Shown in pieces: positions 27,531-37,203 of a stretch of DNA of 45,117 nucleotides. Location of the stretch: NCBI GenBank assembly GCA_041563955.1, contig JBFGQV010000004.1:1-45117 (forward strand), written 5' to 3'. Below the pieces are notes generated by a model. The model was not told the origin of the DNA and searched no databases. It saw only the letters and a list, made by a program, of their open reading frames with translations. The stretch's first letter is position 1, and each line of letters begins with the position of its first letter. The translations under genes were made by a program, and so were the position numbers. Source of the stretch: Alphaproteobacteria bacterium (lineage in GTDB: Bacteria; Pseudomonadota; Alphaproteobacteria; UBA8366; JADFVY01).

Positions 27531-27775
27531 TCCCCCATGCACCTCTCTTCAGGTTCCAGACTCGAGAGGGATTTGCCCTCAATTCAGGCACAACCAAAAG
27601 CTGGGCGATCCCTGGCAGCAAATCACCCAAGACTTCATGTAAAAATAAACTAGCAGCGAGCCGGTGGCGAAGAATTGATCCGAATCAATCCGTACACGGC
27701 CGGTCTCCGGCCGCCCTCTGCGGGCGGACCGCAATTTGCGGCTCTTGCAGCCGCCGCGGCAGGGGGACGGTGGCG

Positions 27776-27804
27776 TTGCCACGCCGTAGCGGCGCCGTCA
27801 TAAT
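27776..27804 (+). promoter_or_regulatory. Putative sigma70 promoter of the mttB-corrinoid pair
   Basis: TTGCCA-17 bp-CATAAT, 33 bp before the ATG; dyad CCGCAA-T-TTGCGG at 27729-27741 just upstream. Confidence 0.55.
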
Positions 27805-27837
27805 CCGGACACGAAACCGGCGCTGGGAGGCCGCCAG

Positions 27838-29427
27838 ATGGGGAGTGACGATTTGCCGCTCCGATCGCGACGCCGCCGGCGCGAGCGGCTGGCGAAGACG
27901 GAGGAGGGGGCGCGGCCGGACTCGGGGCCGGCCGCTTCCGCTTCGGACACTCCGGTTCCCGCACCCTATGTCGGGCCGACGGCGGCCGCGCGCCGACCGC
28001 AATTCGCCTATCTCGACGACGGGCAACTGGATGCCCTCACCGAGCGCTGTTTCGCGCTGATCGAACGGCGCGGCGTCGATGTCGGGCACGCGGCGGCGGT
28101 GGAGCTGCTGGCTCGGGCCGGCTGCGGGGTGGACGGCGACGGACGGCGGGTGCGGATCCCGCGGGCTCTTGCCGAGGAGGCGCTGGCGGCGACACCGCGG
28201 AGCGCCACACTGTACAGCAAATCCGGACGCTTCGACCTCGACATCCCGCGCGCGGACAACACCTTCCACATGCGCACGGGGACCGGCGCGCACGGCTTCA
28301 TCGAGCCCGGCGGCCGTTACCGCAAGCTCGTGCTCGACGATGTGCGAATCATCGCGGCGATCGGGGACGGGCTGCCGGAGGTCGGATTCTTGGCCCACCC
28401 CTTCGTCAACGACGCGCCGGAACGCACCGCCGACATTCATGGGCTTGCCGCCCTGCTGGCGACGTCCGAGAAGCACAACTGGATACAGCCGTACGATACG
28501 CAGAATGTCGGCTTCCTGATGCGGTTGGCCGCGATCGCCGCAGGCGGTGAGAGCGCTTTGCGAAAACGCCCGATCGTCAGCTGCATCGCGTGCTCGTTCA
28601 CGCCGCTCGAATTCAAGGAGATGGATGTCGAGGCGATCATCCAATCGGGCCGTCACGGGATCCCGATCCACGCCTGCAGCCTGCCGACCGCGGGCGGCAC
28701 CGCGCCGGTCACCATGCCGGGCACGGTGCTGATGGCCGGCGCGGAGATTCTGGCGATGGTCGTGCTGACCCATGCCCTGGCCCGCGGCACGCCCCTGATC
28801 GCAACGCCGCTGATCTTCGCCCTCGACATGCGCACGGGGCGCAGCCTGCAGTCCAGCGTCGAGGCGCTGACCGGCGCCGCCATGGCGGTGCAGCTGTGCA
28901 AGCGGGGCTTCGGCCTGATGACCCACAGCTACGGCGCCGGGGCGGACACCCCGGACGTCTGCGGCCAATCGCAGGCGGAGCGGGCGCTGACCGGGCTGAT
29001 GGTCGGCCTGTCCGGGGCCGATATCCTCGGCGGGGTCGGCCAGCTCGAATGCGCGACCGTGTTCAGCCCGATCCAGGCGATCCTCGACAACGAGCTGGGC
29101 GCCATGCAGCGGGCCTGGCTGCACACGCCGCAGGTCGACGATGACTCGCTGGCGTGGGAGCTGATGCTCGAGGTCGAGCGCGGCGGTCATTTCCTGGCCA
29201 ACGCGCACACGCTCAAACACTGCCGCGAGGCCTTCGCGCCCAGTGCGTTCGTCAAGCTGGCGCGCGACCCGTACGAGGCGGCGGGCCGCCGGACGGCGCT
29301 GGACGCCGCGATGGCGATCTACGAGGCGCTGGTGTCGCGGCAGGCGCCGGCGGGTCTGCCGGATGCCGACGCCGTCGCGCAGATGGCCGACATCGTCGCC
29401 GCGGCCGACCGGGCGATCCTGGACTGA
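27838..29427 (+). CDS. Trimethylamine methyltransferase (MttB) superfamily, non-pyrrolysine
   Basis: Arg-rich N-terminus, GGTAPVTMPG, LDMRTG, GGHFLANAHT; no in-frame amber codon. Confidence 0.9.
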   Translation: MGSDDLPLRSRRRRRERLAKTEEGARPDSGPAASASDTPVPAPYVGPTAAARRPQFAYLDDGQLDALTERCFALIERRGVDVGHAAAVELLARAGCGVDGDGRRVRIPRALAEEALAATPRSATLYSKSGRFDLDIPRADNTFHMRTGTGAHGFIEPGGRYRKLVLDDVRIIAAIGDGLPEVGFLAHPFVNDAPERTADIHGLAALLATSEKHNWIQPYDTQNVGFLMRLAAIAAGGESALRKRPIVSCIACSFTPLEFKEMDVEAIIQSGRHGIPIHACSLPTAGGTAPVTMPGTVLMAGAEILAMVVLTHALARGTPLIATPLIFALDMRTGRSLQSSVEALTGAAMAVQLCKRGFGLMTHSYGAGADTPDVCGQSQAERALTGLMVGLSGADILGGVGQLECATVFSPIQAILDNELGAMQRAWLHTPQVDDDSLAWELMLEVERGGHFLANAHTLKHCREAFAPSAFVKLARDPYEAAGRRTALDAAMAIYEALVSRQAPAGLPDADAVAQMADIVAAADRAILD

Positions 29428-29441
29428 CCGGTGCGCGCGCC

Positions 29442-30089
29442 ATGACGGATTCGCTGGACGATCGCCTGGACGCCATCTTCGACGCGGTTCTGGATTACGA
29501 GGATGCGACCACGGCGGATCTCGTGCGCGCGGAGCTCACACGCGGCACTGATCTTCACGTGATCCTCAACGACGCCCTTATCGCCGCGATGGACGAGGTC
29601 GGCGACCTGTTCGGCCAGGGTGCGTTGTTCGTTCCGGAGATGCTGATGGCGGCGCGCGCCATGAAGGCGGGACTCGAGGTGCTGCGGCCACAGCTGACGG
29701 AAACCGAGGCGAAGCCGGCCGGCACGGTGGTGATCGGAACGGTGCACCGCGACCTGCACGACATCGGCAAGAACCTTGTCGGCATGATGCTCGAGGGGGC
29801 GGGCTTCACCGTTGTCGACCTCGGCGTGGACGTGCCGCCGGAGGGGTTTGCGGCGGCGCTCGACGCCCACCGTCCCGATATCATCGGCATGTCGGCCCTG
29901 CTGACCACGACCATGCCGAACATGGGCAAAACGGTGGAGCTGCTGCGCAAGACGGGCTGGAACGGCCGCATCATTGTCGGCGGCGCGCCGGTGACGCGCG
30001 ATTTCGCCGACGCCATCGGGGCCGACGGCTTCGCCGCCGACGCCCCCTCTGCGGTCGGTCTCGCACGGCAGATGACCGGCGCGACTTAG
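29442..30089 (+). CDS. Methyltransferase-cognate corrinoid protein
   Basis: MDEVGDLF...FVPEML cap domain; DLHDIGKNLV, SALLTTT and GGAP B12-binding motifs. Confidence 0.95.
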   Translation: MTDSLDDRLDAIFDAVLDYEDATTADLVRAELTRGTDLHVILNDALIAAMDEVGDLFGQGALFVPEMLMAARAMKAGLEVLRPQLTETEAKPAGTVVIGTVHRDLHDIGKNLVGMMLEGAGFTVVDLGVDVPPEGFAAALDAHRPDIIGMSALLTTTMPNMGKTVELLRKTGWNGRIIVGGAPVTRDFADAIGADGFAADAPSAVGLARQMTGAT

Positions 30090-30106
30090 CGGGGCAACTT
30101 AGGGGG

Positions 30107-32179
30107 TCAGCCGCCCCGCAGTTCCGCAATCTCCCGCCGGAACGGGGGTTCGTCGAGGGGGATCTCGGCGTCCAGCTCGCGGGCATAACGGTGGCCGGCA
30201 TACACCGCGGCCGCGAGCAGGCCCGGTGCGAACGCGTCGCCGATCGCGGTGACGCTCCGCAGGCCGGCGGCCGGCCAGTCGTCGCGGCGCGCTTTCAGGT
30301 CGAGATACAGCACCTCGTCCGGCAGGCGGGCCGTCACCAGCACGACCGCACCGCAGGTCGTCTGCTCGGTGCGCCCGGTGAAGATGCAGGCGGTCTCGAC
30401 ATGGTTCTCGGATATCCGGGCGACGGCGCGGTGCGGCACGATGCGCACGCCGCGCTCCAGCAGGCGCGTCTGAACGGCGGCCTGCTCCAGGGTGTTCTGG
30501 GCCCAGTTGGCGACCTCCGCGGCCGGCGTCACCAGCGTTACCGAGCAGCCGCAATCGACCAGCAGCTCGGCCAGCACGCTGCCCATGTAGAAGTGGTCGT
30601 CGTCGAACAGCACGACCGACCCGGCGGGCCGCAGGCCGTCCATCAAATCGTCGGGCGTCAGCACGGTGGCGCGGTCGGCGACGGGGATGGCGCGCTGGTG
30701 GAAGCGCGCAACGCCGTCGCGCCGCCAGTGCGCGCCGGTCGCCACCGCCACATGCTCGAAGCCGAAGTCGAGGACCTGGTCGGCGCTCAGCGCACTATCA
30801 TAGAACATCTCGACATTCGGCAGATCGTTGAGCTGCTGCAGCCGGTAGTCGCGCACGCGCGCCCAGGCGGCAAGGCCGGGCAGCTGCGATTCCCGCGTGA
30901 CCCGCCCACCGGGCTGCTGTCCCGCTTCCGCCACGGTGACGGCGTAACCGCGCTTTCCCAGCGCACGCGCCGCCTCGAGCCCGGCGGGGCCGGCGCCGAC
31001 CACCAGGACGCGACTGTCCGAGCCTTTCGCCGGGATGCGCTCGGGATGCCAGCCACGGCGCCATTCCTCGCCCATCGTCGGGTTCTGGGTGCAGCGGATC
31101 GGCGACATCGTCATGTCGCCAGTGATGCAGATGTTGCAGCCGATGCACTCGCGGATCTCGTCGACCCGCCCGTCCGCGATCTTGCGCGGCAGGAACGGGT
31201 CGGCGATCGACGGCCGCGCCGCGCCGATCAGGTCGAGCACGCCCTTGCGGACCATCGCCGCCATCGCGTCGGGCGAGGTGAAGCGGCCGACGCCGACCAC
31301 GGGCTTCGAGGTGATCGCCTTGACGTTGGCGACGAAGGGCTGCTGCGCGCCTTCCTCGGCGAAGCGCGAGGTCCGCGAATCGTTGTCCCAGCCGCTGAGC
31401 GTCAGGTCCCAGAGGTCGGGCAGCTCGGCCATCAGGGCGATCACGTCCTCGACTTCCTCGCGATGCAGGCCGGCATCGCCCAGCATCTCGTCCATGCTGA
31501 TGCGCACTGCGACCGCGCAGCTGTCGCCCACCGCATCCTTCGTGTCTTCGATCAGCTCGCGCAGCAGCCGGGCGCGGTTCTCGAGGCTGCCGCCATATTC
31601 GTCGCTGCGCCGGTTGAAGCGGCGCGACAGGAAGTGCTGCGGCGCGCCGAAGCCGTGCGCGGCGTAGACATAGACGATATCGAACCCGGCCTTCTTGCCA
31701 CGCAGCGCCGCGTTGCGGTGCCAGCGGCGCAGATTGCGGATGTCCTCCCCGTCCATGGCGCGGGCCTGCACCGGATCGTTGGTGAAGGTGATGATCGGCA
31801 TGTGCGACGGGCCCAGCGGGATCTCGCGGGTATAGAAGTTCGGCCCGTTCATGCCGTTATAGGCGAGCTCGATGCCGGCCAGCGCGCCGTGCTCGTGCAC
31901 CGCCTCGCACATCGCCACCAGCGGCGGCAGATCGCGGTCGTCCCACAGCCGGATCTCGATGAACGGCGTGATCTCGGAGCTGTGGTGGATTTCCGCCTGC
32001 TCGGTGCACACGACACCCCAGCCGCCTTCCGCCTTGATGCGCCGCAGCTCGACCATGCCCGACGGATCGCGGTAGCCCATGCCGTTGCAGTGCGGCACCT
32101 GATAGAAGCGGTTCGGCGCCGTCACCGGCCCGATCGGCACCGGCTCGAACAGGATGTCGTATCGCGGATCGCGGGCCAT
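30107..32179 (-). CDS. TMADH-family iron-sulfur flavoprotein, histamine-dehydrogenase-like
   Basis: NRFYQVPHC (6-S-cysteinyl-FMN Cys), YAAHG, CIGCNIC...C 4Fe-4S motif, GAGPAG; 690 aa. Confidence 0.88.
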   Translation of the reverse strand: MARDPRYDILFEPVPIGPVTAPNRFYQVPHCNGMGYRDPSGMVELRRIKAEGGWGVVCTEQAEIHHSSEITPFIEIRLWDDRDLPPLVAMCEAVHEHGALAGIELAYNGMNGPNFYTREIPLGPSHMPIITFTNDPVQARAMDGEDIRNLRRWHRNAALRGKKAGFDIVYVYAAHGFGAPQHFLSRRFNRRSDEYGGSLENRARLLRELIEDTKDAVGDSCAVAVRISMDEMLGDAGLHREEVEDVIALMAELPDLWDLTLSGWDNDSRTSRFAEEGAQQPFVANVKAITSKPVVGVGRFTSPDAMAAMVRKGVLDLIGAARPSIADPFLPRKIADGRVDEIRECIGCNICITGDMTMSPIRCTQNPTMGEEWRRGWHPERIPAKGSDSRVLVVGAGPAGLEAARALGKRGYAVTVAEAGQQPGGRVTRESQLPGLAAWARVRDYRLQQLNDLPNVEMFYDSALSADQVLDFGFEHVAVATGAHWRRDGVARFHQRAIPVADRATVLTPDDLMDGLRPAGSVVLFDDDHFYMGSVLAELLVDCGCSVTLVTPAAEVANWAQNTLEQAAVQTRLLERGVRIVPHRAVARISENHVETACIFTGRTEQTTCGAVVLVTARLPDEVLYLDLKARRDDWPAAGLRSVTAIGDAFAPGLLAAAVYAGHRYARELDAEIPLDEPPFRREIAELRGG

Positions 32180-32215
32180 GTGTCCCCCCTCGGGTCTCCT
32201 GTGGTTTCGCCGCCG

Positions 32216-33403
32216 CTATTCGAGGGCGCGGCAGATCGCATCGAAGGCGCGCAGATGCGCCCTGTCGAGGGCATCGTCCAGCGGCTCCGGCTGCGCCGAG
32301 AGCTTGGCAATCACGGCATCCGCGGCGGGGTCGATATACAGCCACTGGCCGTGGATGCCGATGGCGCAGAACGCCCCGGCGGCATTGCCGGTCTGATACC
32401 ACTTGCTGCGGTAGCGGCCGTCCGGCAGCAAATCGACATAGACGGGATCGCCGCGCAGCCATGCCGCGCGGTCGCCGCCCGTGCGGATGTCGTCGACCCA
32501 CCACCGCGGCAGGATCTGCCGCCCCCTGGCCGCGCCGCCGTCGCGCATCATCGCGCCGAACAGCACGAGGTCCCGGGCCGTCGCGCAGATGCCGCCGGCC
32601 GTCCGCGGCGCGCCGAGCCGGTCCACGGTCACGTCGGCGCCGTCGCGTGCGCCCAGCGGCTGCCAGATGCGGTCCGACAGGAGCTCGGCGAACGGTCGAT
32701 CCGCGGCGGCTTCGATCAGCCAGCCGAGGAAATCGGAATTCGGCGAGACGTAGTGGAATGCCTCGCCATGCGGTTTGCCGGCGCGCGGCAGCGTGACCAA
32801 AAAGCTCTTGAGGTCGGGCGGATGGCTTGGGTCGGACAGCGGGTTCCAGCCGGTCGCCTCGCGGTAGCGGGCGAAGTCGCCGGTGGGCTCAAGGTAGCTT
32901 TCCTCGAATGCGATATCCACGGTCATGTCGAGGATGTGGCGGACCGTGCAATCCCCGTAGGCGCTGCCCGCGGCCTCGGGGATGTGCCGGACGGCCGGCG
33001 CATCGGGGTCCAGCAGGCCGTCCTCGACCAGCACGCCCGCAAGGCAGGCGGTGATCGACTTGCTGACCGAGAACAGGATATGGGGAAAGTCGGGACGGCA
33101 GCCGGGATCGTACCAATCGTAAAGAAGCCGGTTTCCCTGCAGCACCAGGAAGGCGTCGGTATGACTCTCGGGCAGAAAGCGGCCCAGGGTCGTCCCGGCG
33201 CCCGCGGGGCCCGCGAAGGCGATCGGCGAGAGATCCCGCGGGTCGCGCGACAAGTGATCGTCCACCGGGCCGGCGCCGCGAATCGCGGCGGTGGGCAGCA
33301 GCTCGCGCACGTGATGGAAGGCCCAGCGGCTGTGCGGTGCGGTGCGCCAGTTGGAAAGGTCTGTCGCCGCATCCCGGCGCCGGACGGTCGCCGCCATCGT
33401 CAT
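32216..33403 (-). CDS. Serine hydrolase, beta-lactamase fold (NylB/6-aminohexanoate-dimer hydrolase-like)
   Basis: SVSK, LDMT, YVSPN, GIHGQ; no signal peptide. Confidence 0.88.
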   Translation of the reverse strand: MTMAATVRRRDAATDLSNWRTAPHSRWAFHHVRELLPTAAIRGAGPVDDHLSRDPRDLSPIAFAGPAGAGTTLGRFLPESHTDAFLVLQGNRLLYDWYDPGCRPDFPHILFSVSKSITACLAGVLVEDGLLDPDAPAVRHIPEAAGSAYGDCTVRHILDMTVDIAFEESYLEPTGDFARYREATGWNPLSDPSHPPDLKSFLVTLPRAGKPHGEAFHYVSPNSDFLGWLIEAAADRPFAELLSDRIWQPLGARDGADVTVDRLGAPRTAGGICATARDLVLFGAMMRDGGAARGRQILPRWWVDDIRTGGDRAAWLRGDPVYVDLLPDGRYRSKWYQTGNAAGAFCAIGIHGQWLYIDPAADAVIAKLSAQPEPLDDALDRAHLRAFDAICRALE

Positions 33404-33410
33404 CCCCCGA

Positions 33411-34841
33411 TCACAGGTTCGGCCGACCGCCGCCGTCGGCGAACCACGGGCCGGTTGCCGCCTCGTAGGCCATGGCGGCGCGGAATACGTCGGCATCGCG
33501 GTAGGTGCGGCCGACGATCTGGATGCCGGTCGGCACCCCGGTCTTCGCCCGGCCCGACGGGACGGTGATCACCGGGCAGCGGCTCAGCGTGTTGAAGGGC
33601 GCCGTCATCACCCAGCCCAGCATCGGATCGACCGGCCGCCCGTTGATCCGGACCTTATCGCGCGACTGGTCGAAATCGGCCGGCACCGCGGGCAGTGCCG
33701 TGGTCGGGCAGATGAACACGTCGTGTTTCTCCATGATCGGCCCGAAGGAGCGGTACATCTCGGCCGCGACCTCCAGCGACCAGACGAAGTCGGTGGCTTT
33801 CGAGGTGCGGCCCTTCTCGCCGAAGGCCCGTGCATAGCTCGTCATCTGGTCTGCATGCGCGTCGAGGATCTTGGCGATCCAGGCGCCGAAAAGATGCTCG
33901 AGATAGGTGAGCGCCGCCTTCTGCACGTCCGCGGTCCAGCCGAGGTCGACCTCCTCGACGGTGGCCCCGAGCGACCGGAACACGTCGAGCGCCGCCCGTG
34001 TGTTCCGGACGACTTCCCGGTCGACCTCGTAATTGCCGAGATCCATCGAATAGGCGACCTTCCAGCCCGTGATCGGCTTGTAGGCCAGCGGCAGGCGCAG
34101 CTTCGGGCGCAGCGTCGAGATGTCCTCCGGATGCGGACCGCTGATCACGTTCTGCAGCAGGATCGCGTCCGACACCGTGCGGGCCAACGGCCCGGTGTGA
34201 CAGTAGAAGTCGAGGTTGAACGGCGGATCGTCCGGGTTCCGCCCATAGGGCGGCTTGAAGCCGACGAGCCCGCAGGTCGCGGCCGGGATGCGGATCGAGC
34301 CGCCGATGTCGGAGCCGGTGGCGATCGCGGAGGTGCCGGCGGCGAGCGACGCCGACGAGCCGCCGGAGGAGCCGCCCGGCGTGAACTTGCGGTTCCAGGG
34401 ATTCGAGGTCACGCCCCAGAGCCGCGAATGGGTGTAGCCGGCGCAGCAGAACTCCGGCGTCGCCGTGCGGGCATGGACGATGCCGCCGGCGCGCAGGATG
34501 CGCGCGTTGATCGGCGAGGTGTGCTCGGCGACGTAATCCTTGTAGATCAGGGAGCCAGTCGAGGTCGGCTTGCCCTTGATGTAGCTCTCGTCCTTGATGC
34601 CGACCGGCAGGCCCTCGAGGGCGCGGACCCGCGCACCGGGCTTCATGAATTTCGCTTCCGCCCTGCGCGCAAGGTCCATGGCCTCGTCGAAATGGGTAAA
34701 GGTGAAGGCCCCGATGGCGCCGTCCACGGCCTCGGCGCGGGCGATGACAGCCTCCATCAGCTCCACCGGCGACAGCTTGCGGCTGCGGAACAGGCGGGCG
34801 GCCGCCACGGCCGGCAGGTAACAGAGGTCAAGATCCGGCAT
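33411..34841 (-). CDS. Amidase-signature family amidase
   Basis: GLPVGIKD, PGGSSGGS, GSDIGGSIRIPA; RBS GGGAG. Confidence 0.93.
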   Translation of the reverse strand: MPDLDLCYLPAVAAARLFRSRKLSPVELMEAVIARAEAVDGAIGAFTFTHFDEAMDLARRAEAKFMKPGARVRALEGLPVGIKDESYIKGKPTSTGSLIYKDYVAEHTSPINARILRAGGIVHARTATPEFCCAGYTHSRLWGVTSNPWNRKFTPGGSSGGSSASLAAGTSAIATGSDIGGSIRIPAATCGLVGFKPPYGRNPDDPPFNLDFYCHTGPLARTVSDAILLQNVISGPHPEDISTLRPKLRLPLAYKPITGWKVAYSMDLGNYEVDREVVRNTRAALDVFRSLGATVEEVDLGWTADVQKAALTYLEHLFGAWIAKILDAHADQMTSYARAFGEKGRTSKATDFVWSLEVAAEMYRSFGPIMEKHDVFICPTTALPAVPADFDQSRDKVRINGRPVDPMLGWVMTAPFNTLSRCPVITVPSGRAKTGVPTGIQIVGRTYRDADVFRAAMAYEAATGPWFADGGGRPNL

Positions 34842-34867
34842 GTGCGCACTCTCCCGCTCTGGCACCG

Positions 34868-36067
34868 TCACCTGTCGGCATTGAGCTTCGCCGCGATGGC
34901 GCCGACCGCGGCAAGGAAGGTCCGGCTGCGGGCCGGGGACCGGAATTCCGGCCAACTGGAGAGCTTCACAGTGACCATCTCGTGGTCCGGATCGATATGG
35001 ATCATCTGGCCGAAGACGCCGCGCGCCATGTAGGCCGGCTTTCCCGCCTCCGGAATCCAGAACTGGTTGCGGTAGGCGCCGGCCGGCAGGACCTCGGTGT
35101 AGGGCGGGCCGAACAGCGCGGGGTCCCCGTTCCGGGTATCCGCGATCCAGGCCGCCGGCAGCACCCTCCGTCCATCGGCAACGCCTTCGTCCAGATGCAG
35201 CTGGCCGAACCGCGCGTAATCGCGCAGCGACGCGTTGAATCCGCCGTCGGCCAGAGCATAGCCGGCGGGGTCGACCGTAAAGCAGGCGCTTTCCTCCGCG
35301 CCCATCGGCGCCCAAAGTTCGCGGCCGACAAGCTCTGGCAGGCGGGTTTCGGTGACCCGTTCCATGCAGTGCGCCAGCACGTCGGTCTCGATCGACTTGT
35401 AGCGGAAGACCTCGCCGTGTTCCCGGTCCCGGACCTGGAGCCCCAATATCTGCTCCCAGATGCAGGCCGGCGCATCGGGCCGGGCGGACCGCGGCGCCCA
35501 GCCGGCCGCGACATCCGAGAGCGCGATATCGGACGTCGGGTCCTCGTATTCCTCGACGAACCGGACGCCGCTGGTCATGTCGAGGACGTAACGCAACAGG
35601 GCGCCGTTCCAGGCGGTGTCCTCAAGCTCAGGCAGATAGTCGGTGACCGGCCGGTCGGGATCGAGCAGGCCGCGCCCGACGAGAATTCCGGCCACGGTCG
35701 CGGTCACCGATTTGGCGACCGACTGCGACAGGTGCAGCGTGCGCTCATCCATGCCGTTCAGGTAGCGCTCGTAGACGATCGCCCCGCGGTGCAGGACGAT
35801 GAAGCCGTCGGTGAAATCCGCCTCCAGCCAGTCGGCGACGGTGAGGTCACGGCCGTCATCCGCGCGGAAGGCGATATCGTCGAGGCCGCGCCCGGCGCGG
35901 GGCAGCACCCAGGCCGGTCCGCTGCCGCGCCACACCTCGGCGGTCGGCAGAAGTTCGCGGACATGCTGGAAGGTCCAGCGATTCCACGGCGCCCGCGTCC
36001 AGTCCGCGCGCGGCACACGGGCTGCAGGCGGAACGGGAAAGCCCTGCATGATACCGGAGACGGTCAT
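34868..36067 (-). CDS. Second NylB-like serine hydrolase
   Basis: SVAK, LDMTSG, YKSIET, GVFGQ. True start is MTVSGIMQGFP; the ORF-track extension to 37948 is an off-frame shadow. Confidence 0.88.
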   Translation of the reverse strand: MTVSGIMQGFPVPPAARVPRADWTRAPWNRWTFQHVRELLPTAEVWRGSGPAWVLPRAGRGLDDIAFRADDGRDLTVADWLEADFTDGFIVLHRGAIVYERYLNGMDERTLHLSQSVAKSVTATVAGILVGRGLLDPDRPVTDYLPELEDTAWNGALLRYVLDMTSGVRFVEEYEDPTSDIALSDVAAGWAPRSARPDAPACIWEQILGLQVRDREHGEVFRYKSIETDVLAHCMERVTETRLPELVGRELWAPMGAEESACFTVDPAGYALADGGFNASLRDYARFGQLHLDEGVADGRRVLPAAWIADTRNGDPALFGPPYTEVLPAGAYRNQFWIPEAGKPAYMARGVFGQMIHIDPDHEMVTVKLSSWPEFRSPARSRTFLAAVGAIAAKLNADR

Positions 36068-36095
36068 GACGGCATTGTCCCGGCTCGAAACGACA

Positions 36096-36123
36096 ACCCC
36101 GGGAGCCGTGCAGCCCCCGGGGT
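36096..36123 (-). terminator. Intra-operon stem-loop after the substrate-binding-protein gene
   Basis: ACCCCGGGGGCTG-CA-CGGCTCCCGGGGT followed by TGTCGTTT on the minus strand. Confidence 0.55.
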
Positions 36124-36138
36124 CGGTGCCGGACCGGC

Positions 36139-37167
36139 CTATTTCATCAGGTTGGTCCAGATCTTGGTGTAGAGCTCGTTCACGTCCTGCGGGCAGGGCG
36201 GAACGAAGACCGGCTTGTACCAGCCCGGTGCCTTGATCTCCGGCGCGTCCGCGAAATCCGCCGGCAGGAACTTCTCGCTGCCGTCGATGGCGTTGGCGTA
36301 TTTGGCGAAGTCGGAGATCAGCGCCGCATTCTCCGGATCCATGATGAAGTTCTGGAAAAGCTTCGCGTTCTCGACGTTCTTGGCGTCCTTCAGCACAACG
36401 ACATTGTCCATCCAGGTGCCGATGCCCTCCTTGGGGTAGCCGTAGGCGACCGCAGGGTTGGACAGCCGGGCGCGCATCGAGGCGCCGTTCCAGTTGACGC
36501 CGGCATGGATGTCCTCCTTGCCGAACCGCTCGACATTGCCGTACTCCATCGACAGCCAGTGTTTCTTGGCCGCCACCAGCATGTCGCTGACCTGCTTGAG
36601 CTGCTCCCGGTTGCTGTTGCAGTAGGGGAAGCCCTTGTAGAACAGCGCGGCGTTCAGCACGTCGTTCATCTCCGGCACGACGTTGATCTTGCCCTTCAAC
36701 TCGTCCGGCGGATCGAAGATGACGGACCAGGTATTGATGTCGCCCTTGTAGGTCTTGGTGTTGACGGTGACGCCCGTCGTGCCCCACTGCCACGGCACCG
36801 AGTAGTTCCGGCCCCCGTCGAAATAGACGTCGACCCACTGCTTGCTGAGGTTCTTGAAGTTGGACATCTGGTTGGGCTTGGTCTCGAGCAGCAGCCCCTC
36901 GCCGATCATGATCTTCACCATGTAGTCGGAGGGCACGACGATGTCGTAGCCGTGGCCGCCGGCCTTGACCTTGGCCAGCATGGAGTCGTTCGAATCGTAA
37001 TCCGACAGCGTGACCGTGACGTTGTGGGCCTGCTCGAACTTCTCGATCAGCTTCGGGTTCGTGTAGTTGCCCCAGTTGAAGATGTTCAGTTCGCCTTCCG
37101 CGGCCGCCGGCCCTGCCGACAGCAGCAGCGCCGCCGCCGCGATCGCACCGATAAGCGGTCTTTTCAT
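36139..37167 (-). CDS. Polyamine-type ABC transporter substrate-binding protein (PotD/PotF family)
   Basis: Signal peptide; NIFNWGNY, YDSND, YDIVVPSDY, PWQWGTTG, PKEG, WMDN. Confidence 0.93.
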   Translation of the reverse strand: MKRPLIGAIAAAALLLSAGPAAAEGELNIFNWGNYTNPKLIEKFEQAHNVTVTLSDYDSNDSMLAKVKAGGHGYDIVVPSDYMVKIMIGEGLLLETKPNQMSNFKNLSKQWVDVYFDGGRNYSVPWQWGTTGVTVNTKTYKGDINTWSVIFDPPDELKGKINVVPEMNDVLNAALFYKGFPYCNSNREQLKQVSDMLVAAKKHWLSMEYGNVERFGKEDIHAGVNWNGASMRARLSNPAVAYGYPKEGIGTWMDNVVVLKDAKNVENAKLFQNFIMDPENAALISDFAKYANAIDGSEKFLPADFADAPEIKAPGWYKPVFVPPCPQDVNELYTKIWTNLMK

Positions 37168-37203
37168 TTCTTGCTTCTCCCTGTGGTGTTGGTTCGCGAA
37201 ATC

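Noticed and set aside
27616-27630. GG-N10-GC (TGGGTGATTTGCTGC, minus strand) upstream of the kinase
   Set aside because: Poor match to TGGCAC-N5-TTGC outside the dinucleotides.
27690-27837. Cobalamin riboswitch upstream of the B12-dependent genes
   Set aside because: No B12 box was recognised, and the leader after the predicted promoter is too short.
27838-29427. Pyrrolysine recoding in MttB
   Set aside because: The ORF is uninterrupted by TAG and no pyl genes are present.
30191-33568. 1125-aa plus-strand ORF
   Set aside because: Antisense shadow of the dehydrogenase and hydrolase genes; no recognisable motifs.
32216-36067. SxxK hydrolases as antibiotic-resistance beta-lactamases
   Set aside because: They lack signal peptides, have NylB-like motifs and sit in a catabolic operon.
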